Part shown: positions 28,036-37,114 of the stretch, in pieces
How the letters are laid out: each line of letters begins with the position of its first letter
Numbering within the stretch: position 1 is the stretch's first letter
From: Actinomycetes bacterium
GTDB taxonomy: Bacteria > Actinomycetota > Acidimicrobiia > Acidimicrobiales > SZUA-35
NCBI GenBank assembly: GCA_024280015.1
Contig: JAJRQY010000069.1
Coordinates: 800-64,799, forward strand
DNA: 64,000 bases
Direction: 5' to 3'
Translations under genes and position numbers: made by a program
The notes under the pieces: model-generated
Seen by the model: only the letters and a program-made list of their open reading frames with translations
Databases searched by the model: none
Told to the model about the DNA's origin: nothing

Positions 28036-28329
28036 ATGATGATTCTTATTCACACTGCAACAGGCACCCTTCTTCAAGAAGAGTCGTGTCGGCGTAGCCA
28101 GTCCTCTGGTTCACAACAGGTCCTTGACCGTGGCGTGAATCATGCCGGCTATTGCGTGGAAGCTGCTCAATCCCGTCCCGGGTTCGCTTTCTCCGACCTG
28201 ATTTCCGGTGCCAAGGGCAATACACGCCCAATGTTTGCGTCCACTCCGTCCTTCGGTGGCGCAATCTGGTTCTCCACCGAGACCACCCCCAAGAAGGACC
28301 ACTCCCAGCAGCGGGAGAGATCGACCTGA
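28036..28329 (+). CDS. Leader uORF of the whiB7-like gene (97 aa)
   Basis: Strong RBS GAGGAAGGGAG; ends 28 nt before an intrinsic terminator; arrangement matches known whiB7/wblC leaders. Confidence 0.65.
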   Translation: MMILIHTATGTLLQEESCRRSQSSGSQQVLDRGVNHAGYCVEAAQSRPGFAFSDLISGAKGNTRPMFASTPSFGGAIWFSTETTPKKDHSQQRERST

Positions 28330-28357
28330 TTCGAAGGAATCTAGGCCGAGACCTCAA

Positions 28358-28398
28358 AGCCGCTGGGAGCACAAGCTCCTAGCGGCTCTTTCATTTTT
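28358..28398 (+). terminator. Attenuator terminator AGCCGCTGGGAGC-ACAA-GCTCCTAGCGGCT + U-rich tail
   Basis: 13-bp stem followed by CTTTCATTTTT; lies in the whiB7 leader. Confidence 0.85.
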
Positions 28399-28546
28399 CA
28401 GGCTCCGGTTCCACCCCAATCACAAAGCTCTCACTCTGATGTCAACCAAGACAGACCGATCACCATCCATCCAACTACCAACATCGTCCAACCAGGTATC
28501 CGCAACTAACTCCGTTCTTACCAGCACAGTCAAATCGAGGGGAATC

Positions 28547-29005
28547 ATGACTACTACCTTGCACGACCGACCACCAATAGGAAAGGCTGGCTCCAACATC
28601 GGAGCACAGCCTGATCTTGAAGCCCAGTTCAACCTAGAAGCAGCGACCATCCGAGAACCTGCCCCACCCCAGGACGCTCCTGAGAGTCTTAGCAGCTCTG
28701 AGGCTTGGTCGGTGCTGGCTGCGTGTCGAGAGATCGATAGCGCTGGTGACTTGTTCTTCTCCGAGGAGTTGCATGAGATTGCCGCAGCTAAGCGGATCTG
28801 CGCCGAGTGCCCAGTGATTGCTCCATGTCTTGAGGGTGCCATCAAGCGCCGCGAGCCCTGGGGTGTCTGGGGCGGACAGATCTTCCTAAATGGTCGGATC
28901 TTGGCCAAGAAGAGGCGACGAGGACGTCCCCCAAAGAACCCACGTCCCGAGGACATGATCCCGGAGATTCCGGTTCCCGAGCACCTGGTGAAGCTGATTG
29001 CTTGA
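28547..29005 (+). CDS. whiB7: WhiB-family regulator of the WhiB7/WblC type
   Basis: C...C.ECP...C, REPWGVWGG and AT-hook RRRGRPPK; RBS GAGGGG. Confidence 0.85.
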   Translation: MTTTLHDRPPIGKAGSNIGAQPDLEAQFNLEAATIREPAPPQDAPESLSSSEAWSVLAACREIDSAGDLFFSEELHEIAAAKRICAECPVIAPCLEGAIKRREPWGVWGGQIFLNGRILAKKRRRGRPPKNPRPEDMIPEIPVPEHLVKLIA

Positions 29006-29157
29006 GCCCGGGTAACGGCCGTTGGGCGATCTTGAGAGTTACCTCTCAGGATTGTCCAACACATGCGAACCCGAGTGACGACGATTAGTAGCGGGACCCG
29101 CCCCCGCTTCTGATCATCAGCCAAACCAGGACCTTGCTAGAGGAGATGCAAACAACG

Positions 29158-29198
29158 CGGCACCACCCGTTCCCTCCGGGTGGTGCCGTTTTCGTTTT
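29158..29198 (+). terminator. Rho-independent terminator
   Basis: CGGCACCACCCG-ttccctc-CGGGTGGTGCCG-TTTT. Confidence 0.88.
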
Positions 29199-29433
29199 CT
29201 TTACCCCACGCTTAAGGCTCCTCCGCCATCATGAAACCCGCCTCTCAGGGCGCTCGTCTTCTTCGCGGGTAGATCCTCCTCCGCAGTTACACATCCGCTG
29301 ATCTGAACATCTGCTGAACCGTGATTCCAACGGACAAATCGGGGAATGCTTCCCGCCCTTCTATGGTTTCCATATGCCACTGGCCCACAGTCGCTGACCA
29401 ACCGTCACTGATCGACCGCTCGGACGAATTCTC

Positions 29434-30036
29434 ATGACCGAATCCTCAAACCCCAAATCATCGGACATCTCCAACTCGACCTCTTCTGGCGAGCCGAAGT
29501 CCAGCCGCAGCCTTCTGGTCGGAATTGGTGTCGCCCTCGTCCTCGGACTGGGATTGCTCGCGTTCGTTGGTGGCAACTCAAGCACAACCAGTACAGGCAA
29601 CGGGGCCGAGCATGCCGCCATCGACTCCATCTATGAGTTCACGCTAGGTGCCCCTGACGGGTCCACCAGTTCGCTCGCTGACTACCAAGGCAAGCCAATG
29701 GTGGTCAACTACTTTGCCGCCTGGTGCCCACCGTGTCGGCGCGAGCTTCCAGATTTCGAAGCTGTGCACCAAGAACTCAGCGACGAAGTAGCCATCGTCG
29801 GTGTCAGCCGAGACAACACCACCAGCGCCTGGCTCGGCCTTGTTGAGAGCGCCGGCCTGACATTCGACACCTTCTATGAGGGAAATGTTGTTGGCTCCTA
29901 TGAATTCGTTGGCGGTCTGGCCATGCCGACTACTGCCTTCGTCAGTGCCGATGGCGAAGTCATGCACACCTTCAGCGGGGCACTCACCCAAAAGGGCCTG
30001 ACTGACCTCATCAACGAGCATCTGCTCACCAACTAG
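29434..30036 (+). CDS. TlpA/ResA-like membrane-anchored thiol-disulfide reductase
   Basis: One TM segment plus VNYFAAWCPPC. Confidence 0.9.
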   Translation: MTESSNPKSSDISNSTSSGEPKSSRSLLVGIGVALVLGLGLLAFVGGNSSTTSTGNGAEHAAIDSIYEFTLGAPDGSTSSLADYQGKPMVVNYFAAWCPPCRRELPDFEAVHQELSDEVAIVGVSRDNTTSAWLGLVESAGLTFDTFYEGNVVGSYEFVGGLAMPTTAFVSADGEVMHTFSGALTQKGLTDLINEHLLTN

Positions 30037-30101
30037 CTCACGAGCTGACACGGCTCACCAGCCTCCAAAATCCTCACTCACGCAACAGACTGGACGACAA
30101 A

Positions 30102-31025
30102 ATGGGAGATCTCCTCGACGCAAGAGCCTTTGCCTTTGGCATGGTGGCTCTTATCAACCCCTGTGGCTTTGCCTTGCTACCGGCCTATCTCGGTTTCTTC
30201 CTTGGCCTAGACGATGACGATGGCGAGCAATCACGAATCGTCGCCCTCAACCGGGCACAAATTGTCGGCCTCTCGCTGTCGGTCGGCTTCCTCCTGGTGT
30301 TTGGAGTAATCGGCCTAGTCTTCGCCGGACTTTGGAACTCCATTGCCGACTACATGCCATACGTCACTATTGTCATCGGTGTCGGACTCATCGTTCTTGG
30401 CATCGCAATGCTGCGAGGCTTTCAGCCGTTGCTGAAACTGCCAAAGCTTGAAAAGGGAACCGGCTCCCGCTCAGCAGTCAGCATGTTCCTCTTCGGCATC
30501 TCCTACGCCATTGCTTCCCTGTCCTGCACCATTGGCATCTTCCTCAGCGTCATCGGAACCTCAGCGTCGGGAGCCTCGTTCGCCAGCCGCTTCGGGTCGT
30601 TCCTTTCCTACGGTTTAGGCATGGGGCTATTGGCTACCGTGCTTACCCTTGCCGTCGCCTTTGGTAAGAAGGGCATCGTCAACCGCTTCCGCCAGGTCCT
30701 CCCCAAGATCAACATGGTCTCGGCAGTAATGTTGCTGGTTGTTGGTGTCTATGTCGCTCTCTACGGCATCTGGTCCTACCAGATCTTCAGCACTCCGGCT
30801 GGTGAACCCCTCAACCTCACACCATGGATCGATTCCATCATCACCACCGCCGAAGGCATTCAAACCGACGCTTCCAACTGGTTCGCCGCCGATGTCTCCA
30901 TTGGATCCAGCACCATGGCTCGCACCACCATCTTGGGTTGGGCCTTCTTCATCTTGAACGCTGGCCTCATCATCGCTGGTGCGGTTGCCCGTCGGGGCAA
31001 GTCGATCACTCCTCAGATCGGCTAG
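30102..31025 (+). CDS. ccdA: Cytochrome c biogenesis protein CcdA/DsbD family
   Basis: NPCGFALLPAYL and SLSCTIG redox cysteines; multi-pass. Confidence 0.88.
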   Translation: MGDLLDARAFAFGMVALINPCGFALLPAYLGFFLGLDDDDGEQSRIVALNRAQIVGLSLSVGFLLVFGVIGLVFAGLWNSIADYMPYVTIVIGVGLIVLGIAMLRGFQPLLKLPKLEKGTGSRSAVSMFLFGISYAIASLSCTIGIFLSVIGTSASGASFASRFGSFLSYGLGMGLLATVLTLAVAFGKKGIVNRFRQVLPKINMVSAVMLLVVGVYVALYGIWSYQIFSTPAGEPLNLTPWIDSIITTAEGIQTDASNWFAADVSIGSSTMARTTILGWAFFILNAGLIIAGAVARRGKSITPQIG

Positions 31026-31115
31026 TCGGCCAACAAACCGCTTCTGGTGCCGGTAGAGCATGAAATACGAGGCTCTGCTGGTGCCAGAATAATCAATCTG
31101 GTGCAGAATGGTCGG

Positions 31116-31781
31116 GTGCAGCCGGTCTCTCATGAACCCATCCCTTTCGGTGATCTACTGCGGGTCGATGGCGTGAAAGAAGAGCTGGAGCTTCGTTCCA
31201 GTATCGGCTTTTGCGCTCTACACGGGGGAAACCTCGAACGGGTCACCGACCACATCGCCCGTGAAGCCGCCTTCAGATCGGGAGCCTCCTACTACGGAGT
31301 TCTACAACCCGGAGGCATGCGTCATCACATCCCGTCGGCCCAGCTGGATCCCGCTCAGTCGTCCAATCTGACATCGTTCATTGATCACTGCGATGTTGTG
31401 ATTTCCGTCCACGGCTTTGGCCGACACGGTCACTGGTCAACCTTGCATCTTGGTGGTCGCAATCGTCAGCTGGCCAAACATGTTGCCCACCATCTGCGCT
31501 GGAGCCTGGCCGCCTACAGGATCATCGACGAGCTGGAGGCAATTCCCCGAGAGCTTCGTGGGCAACATCCAGACAATCCCTGCAACTTGTCTTCCTCCGG
31601 TGGTGTGCAGATCGAGCTTCCACCCCGAGTGCGAGGGCTGTCCCCGCTTACTCAGCACTGGCCAGGTCATGATCCAGACCAGGAAGCATTTCCCCACATC
31701 AACCAGCTGATCGATGGCTTGGTCAACGCGGCGACGACGTGGCCGCCGCCAGCTTCAGCTACGAACGGCACGATCAGTTGA
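31116..31781 (+). CDS. Poly-gamma-glutamate hydrolase family (DUF867/PghP-like)
   Basis: HGGNLERVT, HIPS, ISVHG, G.HPDNPCN, GVQIEL. Confidence 0.78.
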   Translation: MQPVSHEPIPFGDLLRVDGVKEELELRSSIGFCALHGGNLERVTDHIAREAAFRSGASYYGVLQPGGMRHHIPSAQLDPAQSSNLTSFIDHCDVVISVHGFGRHGHWSTLHLGGRNRQLAKHVAHHLRWSLAAYRIIDELEAIPRELRGQHPDNPCNLSSSGGVQIELPPRVRGLSPLTQHWPGHDPDQEAFPHINQLIDGLVNAATTWPPPASATNGTIS

Positions 31782-31801
31782 CGGGTTTGTAACCTGGGAG
31801 C

Positions 31802-32722
31802 ATGGAATACCGGATCTTCACCGAACCCCAACAAGGTGCCTCCTATGACCAACTTCTTGCCGTGGCAAGAGCCGCAGAAGCGTCCGGATTTGGCGCCTTC
31901 TTCATCTCCGACCACTTCCAGAAGATGGGAGAAGGAAGCGGGCTGCCCGGGCCAACCGATGCGTGGGTGACCCTTGGGGGTATTGCTCGCGAGACCACTC
32001 GAATTCGACTGGGAACGTTGGTGAGCCCGGTGACCTTCTATCAACCCGGACCGCTGGCCATCACCGTCGCTCAGGTCGACGCCATGAGCGGTGGTCGAAT
32101 CGACTTCGGATTCGGCGCGGGCTGGTTCGAATCTGAGCACACGGCCTATGGAATCCCCTTCCCTGACCTGGGTGAACGCATGAACCGGATGGAAGAGGCC
32201 CTGGAGCAAATCGTTGGGCTCTGGACAACACCGGAGGGTGAGTCCTACAACCATGAAGGCCAGTACCACACCTTCGTCGACTCACCGGCCCTACCCAAGA
32301 CAGCTCAAACTCCTCATCCTCCAATCATCATTGGTGGCGGAGGCAAAAAGCGCACCCCGCGCATGGTTGCCCGTTTCGCCAATGAATTCAATGTTCCGTT
32401 CACCCAAATCGAGAAAGTTCCCGCAATCCTGGCCAATGTCGATCGGGCCTGTGAAGCAGTCGAGCGCGATCCTGCGACGCTCATCAAGTCCGCCGCCCTT
32501 GTTCTCTGCGCCGGATCTGACAGCTCGACAATCCAGCGTCGCGCCAGCAAGCTCGGCCGCGACGTTGAAGAACTCAAGGAGAACGGCTTTTGTGGCACCT
32601 TCGCCGAATTGGAGGAACGGGCCGCCTCCTATGCCGAACTCGGCATCACCCGTCTCTACCTGCAGGTTCTTGACCTTTCGGACCTGGATCACCTCAGCGA
32701 AACAGGAGCAGCCTTGCTCTAG
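31802..32722 (+). CDS. LLM-class F420-dependent oxidoreductase
   Basis: FTEPQQGASY, SDHF, PGPTDAWVTL, VDAMSGGR. Confidence 0.92.
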   Translation: MEYRIFTEPQQGASYDQLLAVARAAEASGFGAFFISDHFQKMGEGSGLPGPTDAWVTLGGIARETTRIRLGTLVSPVTFYQPGPLAITVAQVDAMSGGRIDFGFGAGWFESEHTAYGIPFPDLGERMNRMEEALEQIVGLWTTPEGESYNHEGQYHTFVDSPALPKTAQTPHPPIIIGGGGKKRTPRMVARFANEFNVPFTQIEKVPAILANVDRACEAVERDPATLIKSAALVLCAGSDSSTIQRRASKLGRDVEELKENGFCGTFAELEERAASYAELGITRLYLQVLDLSDLDHLSETGAALL

Positions 32723-32744
32723 CCGGGACTAGAGGCTCGGCCAG

Positions 32745-33386
32745 CTAGGGGTTCAGGCGACTCAAGGTCCAGGGGTGGTCGGCGCTCGGCCGACTGAAGC
32801 GGAGCCGGTCATGAAGCCGACTAGGTCGGCCCTGCCAGAATTCGATCGATGTTGGTATCACCCGGTAGCCACCCCAGTGGGATGGGCGAGGAACCTCATC
32901 AGGAAAGCGGTGATCAGTTTGGGCCACTCGCTCTTCGAGGGCGGCTCGGTTAGCCAAGGGCTTGCTCTGGGCTGAGGCCCAGGCCCCCAACTGTGACTCA
33001 CGCGGTCGCAGGGCGAAGTAGTGCACGGCTTCACCATGAGTCAGACGTTCGGTGGTGCCGGTGATATTGACCTGTCGTTGCAGTTGCAGCCACGGGAAGG
33101 ATATTGCTACCGCGGGATTCTGGGCCAGGTCTGCTGCCTTGTCGCTCTCGTAGTTGGTGTAGAACTCGAAACCGCCCTTGCTCAGCCCCTTCAGCAGTAG
33201 ATGGCGAGAGGAAGGTTGCCCGGCAGAGTCGACCGTTGAGACCACCATGGCATTTGGTTCATGAACCTCAGCCTTGACTGCTTCGGCTAGCCAGATCTGG
33301 AATTGTTCCAATGGGTCATCCACCAGTTCACCCTCGTCCAGGCCGCGGATTGCGTACTCATAGCGCATTCGAGCAAGATCCATCAC
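32745..33386 (-). CDS. pdxH: Pyridoxamine 5'-phosphate oxidase
   Basis: FYTNYESDK, SQLGAWAS.QS, WGGYRV, EFWQGR.SRLHDR. Confidence 0.96.
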   Translation of the reverse strand: MMDLARMRYEYAIRGLDEGELVDDPLEQFQIWLAEAVKAEVHEPNAMVVSTVDSAGQPSSRHLLLKGLSKGGFEFYTNYESDKAADLAQNPAVAISFPWLQLQRQVNITGTTERLTHGEAVHYFALRPRESQLGAWASAQSKPLANRAALEERVAQTDHRFPDEVPRPSHWGGYRVIPTSIEFWQGRPSRLHDRLRFSRPSADHPWTLSRLNP

Positions 33387-33407
33387 CTCAGTCTGGCAGA
33401 CATGAAC

Positions 33408-33459
33408 CGTACTGACACCGCTACAGCATGTCCCAGCATGCTCTAGCGGTGTCGGTACG
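33408..33459. repeat. Inverted repeat with 23-bp arms in a divergent intergenic region
   Basis: CGTACTGACACCGCTACAGCATG-tcccag-CATGCTCTAGCGGTGTCGGTACG. Confidence 0.85.
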
Positions 33460-33530
33460 AACTATTGAGGGGATCCCGACTGGGGCCCAGCGCGGCCGTT
33501 GACCGGAGGTGTGAGCGATAGCGTGATCGG

Positions 33531-34442
33531 GTGCCAGCAATCGAGGTGGAGAACCTAACCGTCCGCTATGACCGTCCTACTTCGGGCAAGGCAGCCCTGG
33601 ACAAGGTCAGCTTCGCCGTTGAGCCCGGTCAGATTGTTGCCCTGCTTGGGCCCAACGGCGCAGGCAAAACAACAGCACTGGAGGCCATCGAGGGATACCG
33701 CTCACCTTCGGGAGGGTCGGTTCAAGTCTTCGGTCTCGACCCGGCAACACATCGGAGCGAACTTGCTCATCGCTGGGGCGTCATGCCTCAGGCGGGTGGC
33801 ATCCCGATGGGCCTCACGGTCGGGGAGGCCGTTCGGCTCTTCAGCGAACTCCATGGCTATGGCGGAAACACCAATGAGTTGCTGTCCGCAGCAGGGCTCA
33901 GTGATCTCAAGAAGCGACGCTGGCGGCGCTTGTCTGGTGGTGAGCAGCAACGACTCAGCCTCACCCTGGCCTTGTGCGGGGGAAGCGACCTCCTCTTGCT
34001 GGATGAACCAACAGCAGCCGTTGATGCCGAAGGTCGCCAGCGGGTACTCGGCATCGTTCGGGAGCGAGCCAGTTCCGGGGGTGGTGTTCTGATCACAACC
34101 CACCGTTTCGACGATGTCGAACAGATTGCGGACCGAGTCATCATCCTGAATCACGGGGCGGTAGCAGCAGCCGGAACTTTGGATGAACTCACTTCCGGCG
34201 GACAAGAGATCCGCTTCACCGCGCCCGCCGGGCTGACTGTCGCTGAACTTGGCGCCAAGTTGGGGTGCGAAGTCAGCGAACCCAAACCCGGAAACTATCT
34301 CGTCCAAACGGTTCCAGAACCTCAGGCCGTTGCCGCCATCACCGCTTGGCTGGCCGATCAGGGCCACACCATTGGCCACCTTCAAGCAGGAACACAAAGC
34401 TTGGAAGAAGTGTTCCTCCAGATCACCGGAGCGCAATCATGA
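33531..34442 (+). CDS. ABC transporter ATP-binding protein
   Basis: GPNGAGKT, LSGGE, LLLDEPT. Confidence 0.95.
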   Translation: MPAIEVENLTVRYDRPTSGKAALDKVSFAVEPGQIVALLGPNGAGKTTALEAIEGYRSPSGGSVQVFGLDPATHRSELAHRWGVMPQAGGIPMGLTVGEAVRLFSELHGYGGNTNELLSAAGLSDLKKRRWRRLSGGEQQRLSLTLALCGGSDLLLLDEPTAAVDAEGRQRVLGIVRERASSGGGVLITTHRFDDVEQIADRVIILNHGAVAAAGTLDELTSGGQEIRFTAPAGLTVAELGAKLGCEVSEPKPGNYLVQTVPEPQAVAAITAWLADQGHTIGHLQAGTQSLEEVFLQITGAQS

Positions 34443-35173
34443 ACACCAGCACCACACGCTCCCGGATCATTGCTCTTGCTCGGACCGACCTACAAGTAGC
34501 GGCCAGGGACGGCGAACAGCTTTTGCTGACACTTGGTTTACCAATCCTGTTGCTTGTGTTCTTTTCTAAGGTTGACATTGTCCCAACCGGCGACGGCGAA
34601 CCCGTCGATTTCTTGGCTCCCGGCATCATTTCATTGGCCCTACTTTCGGTGGCCTACGTCAGGCTCGCCATCGGTCTTGGCTTTGATCGGGGATTCGGCG
34701 CCATCAAGCGGTTGGCCATCACTCCCCTGCGAGTGAATGAGTTCTTGGTGGCCAAGCTGGCGACCACGGTCGTACTCTTTGGCGTGCAACTTGTGTTGTT
34801 GGCTGCCATTGCCGTAGCCATCGGCTGGCGGCCACAGGTTTCAATCTCGGTACCCGTGGTCATCATGTTGGGCCTGGTGGCCTTTACTGGCCTGGCCTTC
34901 GTCACCGCCAGCATTGTCGACGGCCTTACCTCACTGGCCCTGGCCAACGCCCTCTACATCATCTTGCTGTTGCTCAGTGGCCTAGTCTTCGATATTGAGA
35001 AGATGCCCGGCTGGTTGCAAGCCATCGTCAAGCTCTTGCCGTCCACCGCGCTGGCCGAGCTTCTCCGGTCCGGATTCTCCGACACCACTGGTGCGGTCTG
35101 GGCCTGGCTCTGCCTGAGCTTTTGGGCCATCGGCGCCCCGATCCTGGCCTCCCGCCTCTTCCGCTGGGAATAG
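34439..35173 (+). CDS. ABC-2 type transporter permease
   Basis: Six TM segments; RDGEQLLL, ends FRWE; ATGA overlap. Confidence 0.9.
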   Translation: MNTSTTRSRIIALARTDLQVAARDGEQLLLTLGLPILLLVFFSKVDIVPTGDGEPVDFLAPGIISLALLSVAYVRLAIGLGFDRGFGAIKRLAITPLRVNEFLVAKLATTVVLFGVQLVLLAAIAVAIGWRPQVSISVPVVIMLGLVAFTGLAFVTASIVDGLTSLALANALYIILLLLSGLVFDIEKMPGWLQAIVKLLPSTALAELLRSGFSDTTGAVWAWLCLSFWAIGAPILASRLFRWE

Positions 35174-35182
35174 GGGCTCGGA

Positions 35183-36046
35183 TTACTTGGAGGCGAGCTG
35201 TTGCTCGGGCAAGGTGTTGCGCTTACGGTGACGATCCTGACGTGCCTTGCGATCAACCTCATCGGTGTCACCCAGCGAACGAGTGAAGATGACAAGAATC
35301 GTGATCCAGATGAACCATCCGCCAAGGATCTTCATGATGGCACCGGCCAGCTGCTGGTCGGCCAGAACATCCAGGCCCCAAAGACGAAACGGCGTGTCGT
35401 AGTGCCGATAGACAACATCATCAGCAAAGACCAGCCAACCACCGGGCACTGTTGGCACGACCGACATCAAGAACAGGTAGAGGCACTGACCGAGCGGCGG
35501 CAGTCGCCATTCGCTAATTGGCCCGATGACCGGTATCCACATCAGCAATCCTGAGGAGAAGATGATCAGATGGAAGGAAAAGTGTAGGGCCGCAGAATCG
35601 GCTGACCACTGGACGATTTTGGTCCAGTGCAAGAACATGGTCAGTAAGTTGAACAGGGCGCCAGCGATCAGGGGCGAGGAGACCTTCTTGAAACTCCGCC
35701 ACAAGCGCGTATCTGGACGAACGAGAAGCTCGAAGACCCAGCGCGGGGTGGCCAGCACAAAACAAGCTGGGATCAGCATTGACAGTAATAGATGCTGGAG
35801 CATGTGGACCGAATAGAGATAGTCCTCGGCAATATCGTGCATCGGCCAGTCCGAGGCCAGCCACATCATGGTGAGGCCAAGCCCAAACCAGATTTTCTGG
35901 CGCCGATGAATAGCCGGATATCCAGCGGCAATTGCCTTGGGCTGCAGAACCTTGGCCGAATAGCCACCAATGGCGAGAGCGCCCAACACCAGGACCCACA
36001 CTTCAGGGTGGGGCACCCAGGGAACGGGGCCGCTGATGGCAAACAT
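35183..36046 (-). CDS. ctaG: Cytochrome c oxidase assembly factor (Caa3_CtaG)
   Basis: YLYSVHMLQHLL, DQQLAGAIMK. Confidence 0.88.
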   Translation of the reverse strand: MFAISGPVPWVPHPEVWVLVLGALAIGGYSAKVLQPKAIAAGYPAIHRRQKIWFGLGLTMMWLASDWPMHDIAEDYLYSVHMLQHLLLSMLIPACFVLATPRWVFELLVRPDTRLWRSFKKVSSPLIAGALFNLLTMFLHWTKIVQWSADSAALHFSFHLIIFSSGLLMWIPVIGPISEWRLPPLGQCLYLFLMSVVPTVPGGWLVFADDVVYRHYDTPFRLWGLDVLADQQLAGAIMKILGGWFIWITILVIFTRSLGDTDEVDRKARQDRHRKRNTLPEQQLASK

Positions 36047-36067
36047 GGTCAACTACTCCCAGACGAA

Positions 36068-36406
36068 CTAGACGTTGAATTCGAAGGTAGCGACCACCGT
36101 GGTATAAACCGCCAAGGCGACCACAATCCCAGCGGCGAACGCCATGGTAAAGATCTTGCCGTTGAGCATTTTCATGTCGAACCATAGGTGCATGAACACC
36201 CCAGCAACAATAACGAACTTGACCAGCATCATCACGATGAGCGGAACGACCAGGGCCGGTCCGGAGAATCCGAGATAGGACCACAACACCTCGAACGCAG
36301 TGATGACAGCCAACAAAAGGAAGACTAGCCAGTACTGGGTTTCGGTTGGATGAGCATGGTCGTCGTGGGACTCATGCTCGGTGGATGGGGTTGCAGTGTT
36401 AGACAT
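36068..36406 (-). CDS. Cytochrome c oxidase subunit IV family
   Basis: Y..VF..LAVITAFEV...KF..V...FMHL.FD. Confidence 0.88.
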   Translation of the reverse strand: MSNTATPSTEHESHDDHAHPTETQYWLVFLLLAVITAFEVLWSYLGFSGPALVVPLIVMMLVKFVIVAGVFMHLWFDMKMLNGKIFTMAFAAGIVVALAVYTTVVATFEFNV

Positions 36407-36415
36407 GGTTCGCCT

Positions 36416-37114
36416 TTACGGAATGAGGTAGACGATGGTGAAAATTAGGACCCACACAACGTCAACGAAGTGCCAGTACAAGCCGACAAGCTCGACGGTC
36501 TCGGCTCGGTCTTGGTTGAGTTTGCCCTTGAACGAGAGCACAAGCAGGGTCATCAGCATGACAATTCCGCCGCTGACGTGGATCCCATGGAAGCCAGTGA
36601 GGGTGAAGAAGGCCGATCCAAGCAAGCTGCCGGTGAAGGAAAGTCCCTCTTCCTTGAAGGCAGTGAACTCGGCAATCTGACCGGCAATGAAGAACGAACC
36701 AAGCAGGGCCGTTGTCCCCAACCAGATTCGCAGGTTCTTATAGTCGGCTTCACTGATGGCCTTGTGAGCCAGCACCATGGCCAGCGAGCTCATCAACAAG
36801 ATGAATGAGCTAAGGGAAGTGAACGGGATATCGAAGAGGGGCTCAACAGACCCAGCGGCCCGCATTTCCTCGACCAGAGTGGGATTGGAGATCGAGTCGA
36901 CCACCACGGGGTTGCCAGCCAAGATCTCGGTCAGGAACCGAGCCTTGGACAGCAGGTAGGTGGAGATCAGAGCACCAAAGAGCAGGCACTCCGAACCAAG
37001 GAACAGCCACATGGCCAGCTTCATGTTGGACAGGTTCAGGCTGGTCGCATGCCCAGCATGCTCGTCCTCGACATGGTCGGTGGCCTGCTCGGCAACTACG
37101 GCGGCATCAGACAT
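36416..37114 (-). CDS. ctaE: Cytochrome c oxidase subunit III
   Basis: MWLFLGSE, FFTLTGFHGIHV, GLYWHFVDVVW. Confidence 0.95.
   Translation of the reverse strand: MSDAAVVAEQATDHVEDEHAGHATSLNLSNMKLAMWLFLGSECLLFGALISTYLLSKARFLTEILAGNPVVVDSISNPTLVEEMRAAGSVEPLFDIPFTSLSSFILLMSSLAMVLAHKAISEADYKNLRIWLGTTALLGSFFIAGQIAEFTAFKEEGLSFTGSLLGSAFFTLTGFHGIHVSGGIVMLMTLLVLSFKGKLNQDRAETVELVGLYWHFVDVVWVLIFTIVYLIP

Noticed and set aside
28208-28546. Longer 265-aa WhiB start
   Set aside because: It would run through the attenuator terminator; the RBS supports ATG 28547.
29030-29150. Glycine riboswitch (CTCTCAGG motif)
   Set aside because: CTCTCAGG is paired in a simple hairpin, the GCCGAAG core is missing, and no glycine-related gene follows.
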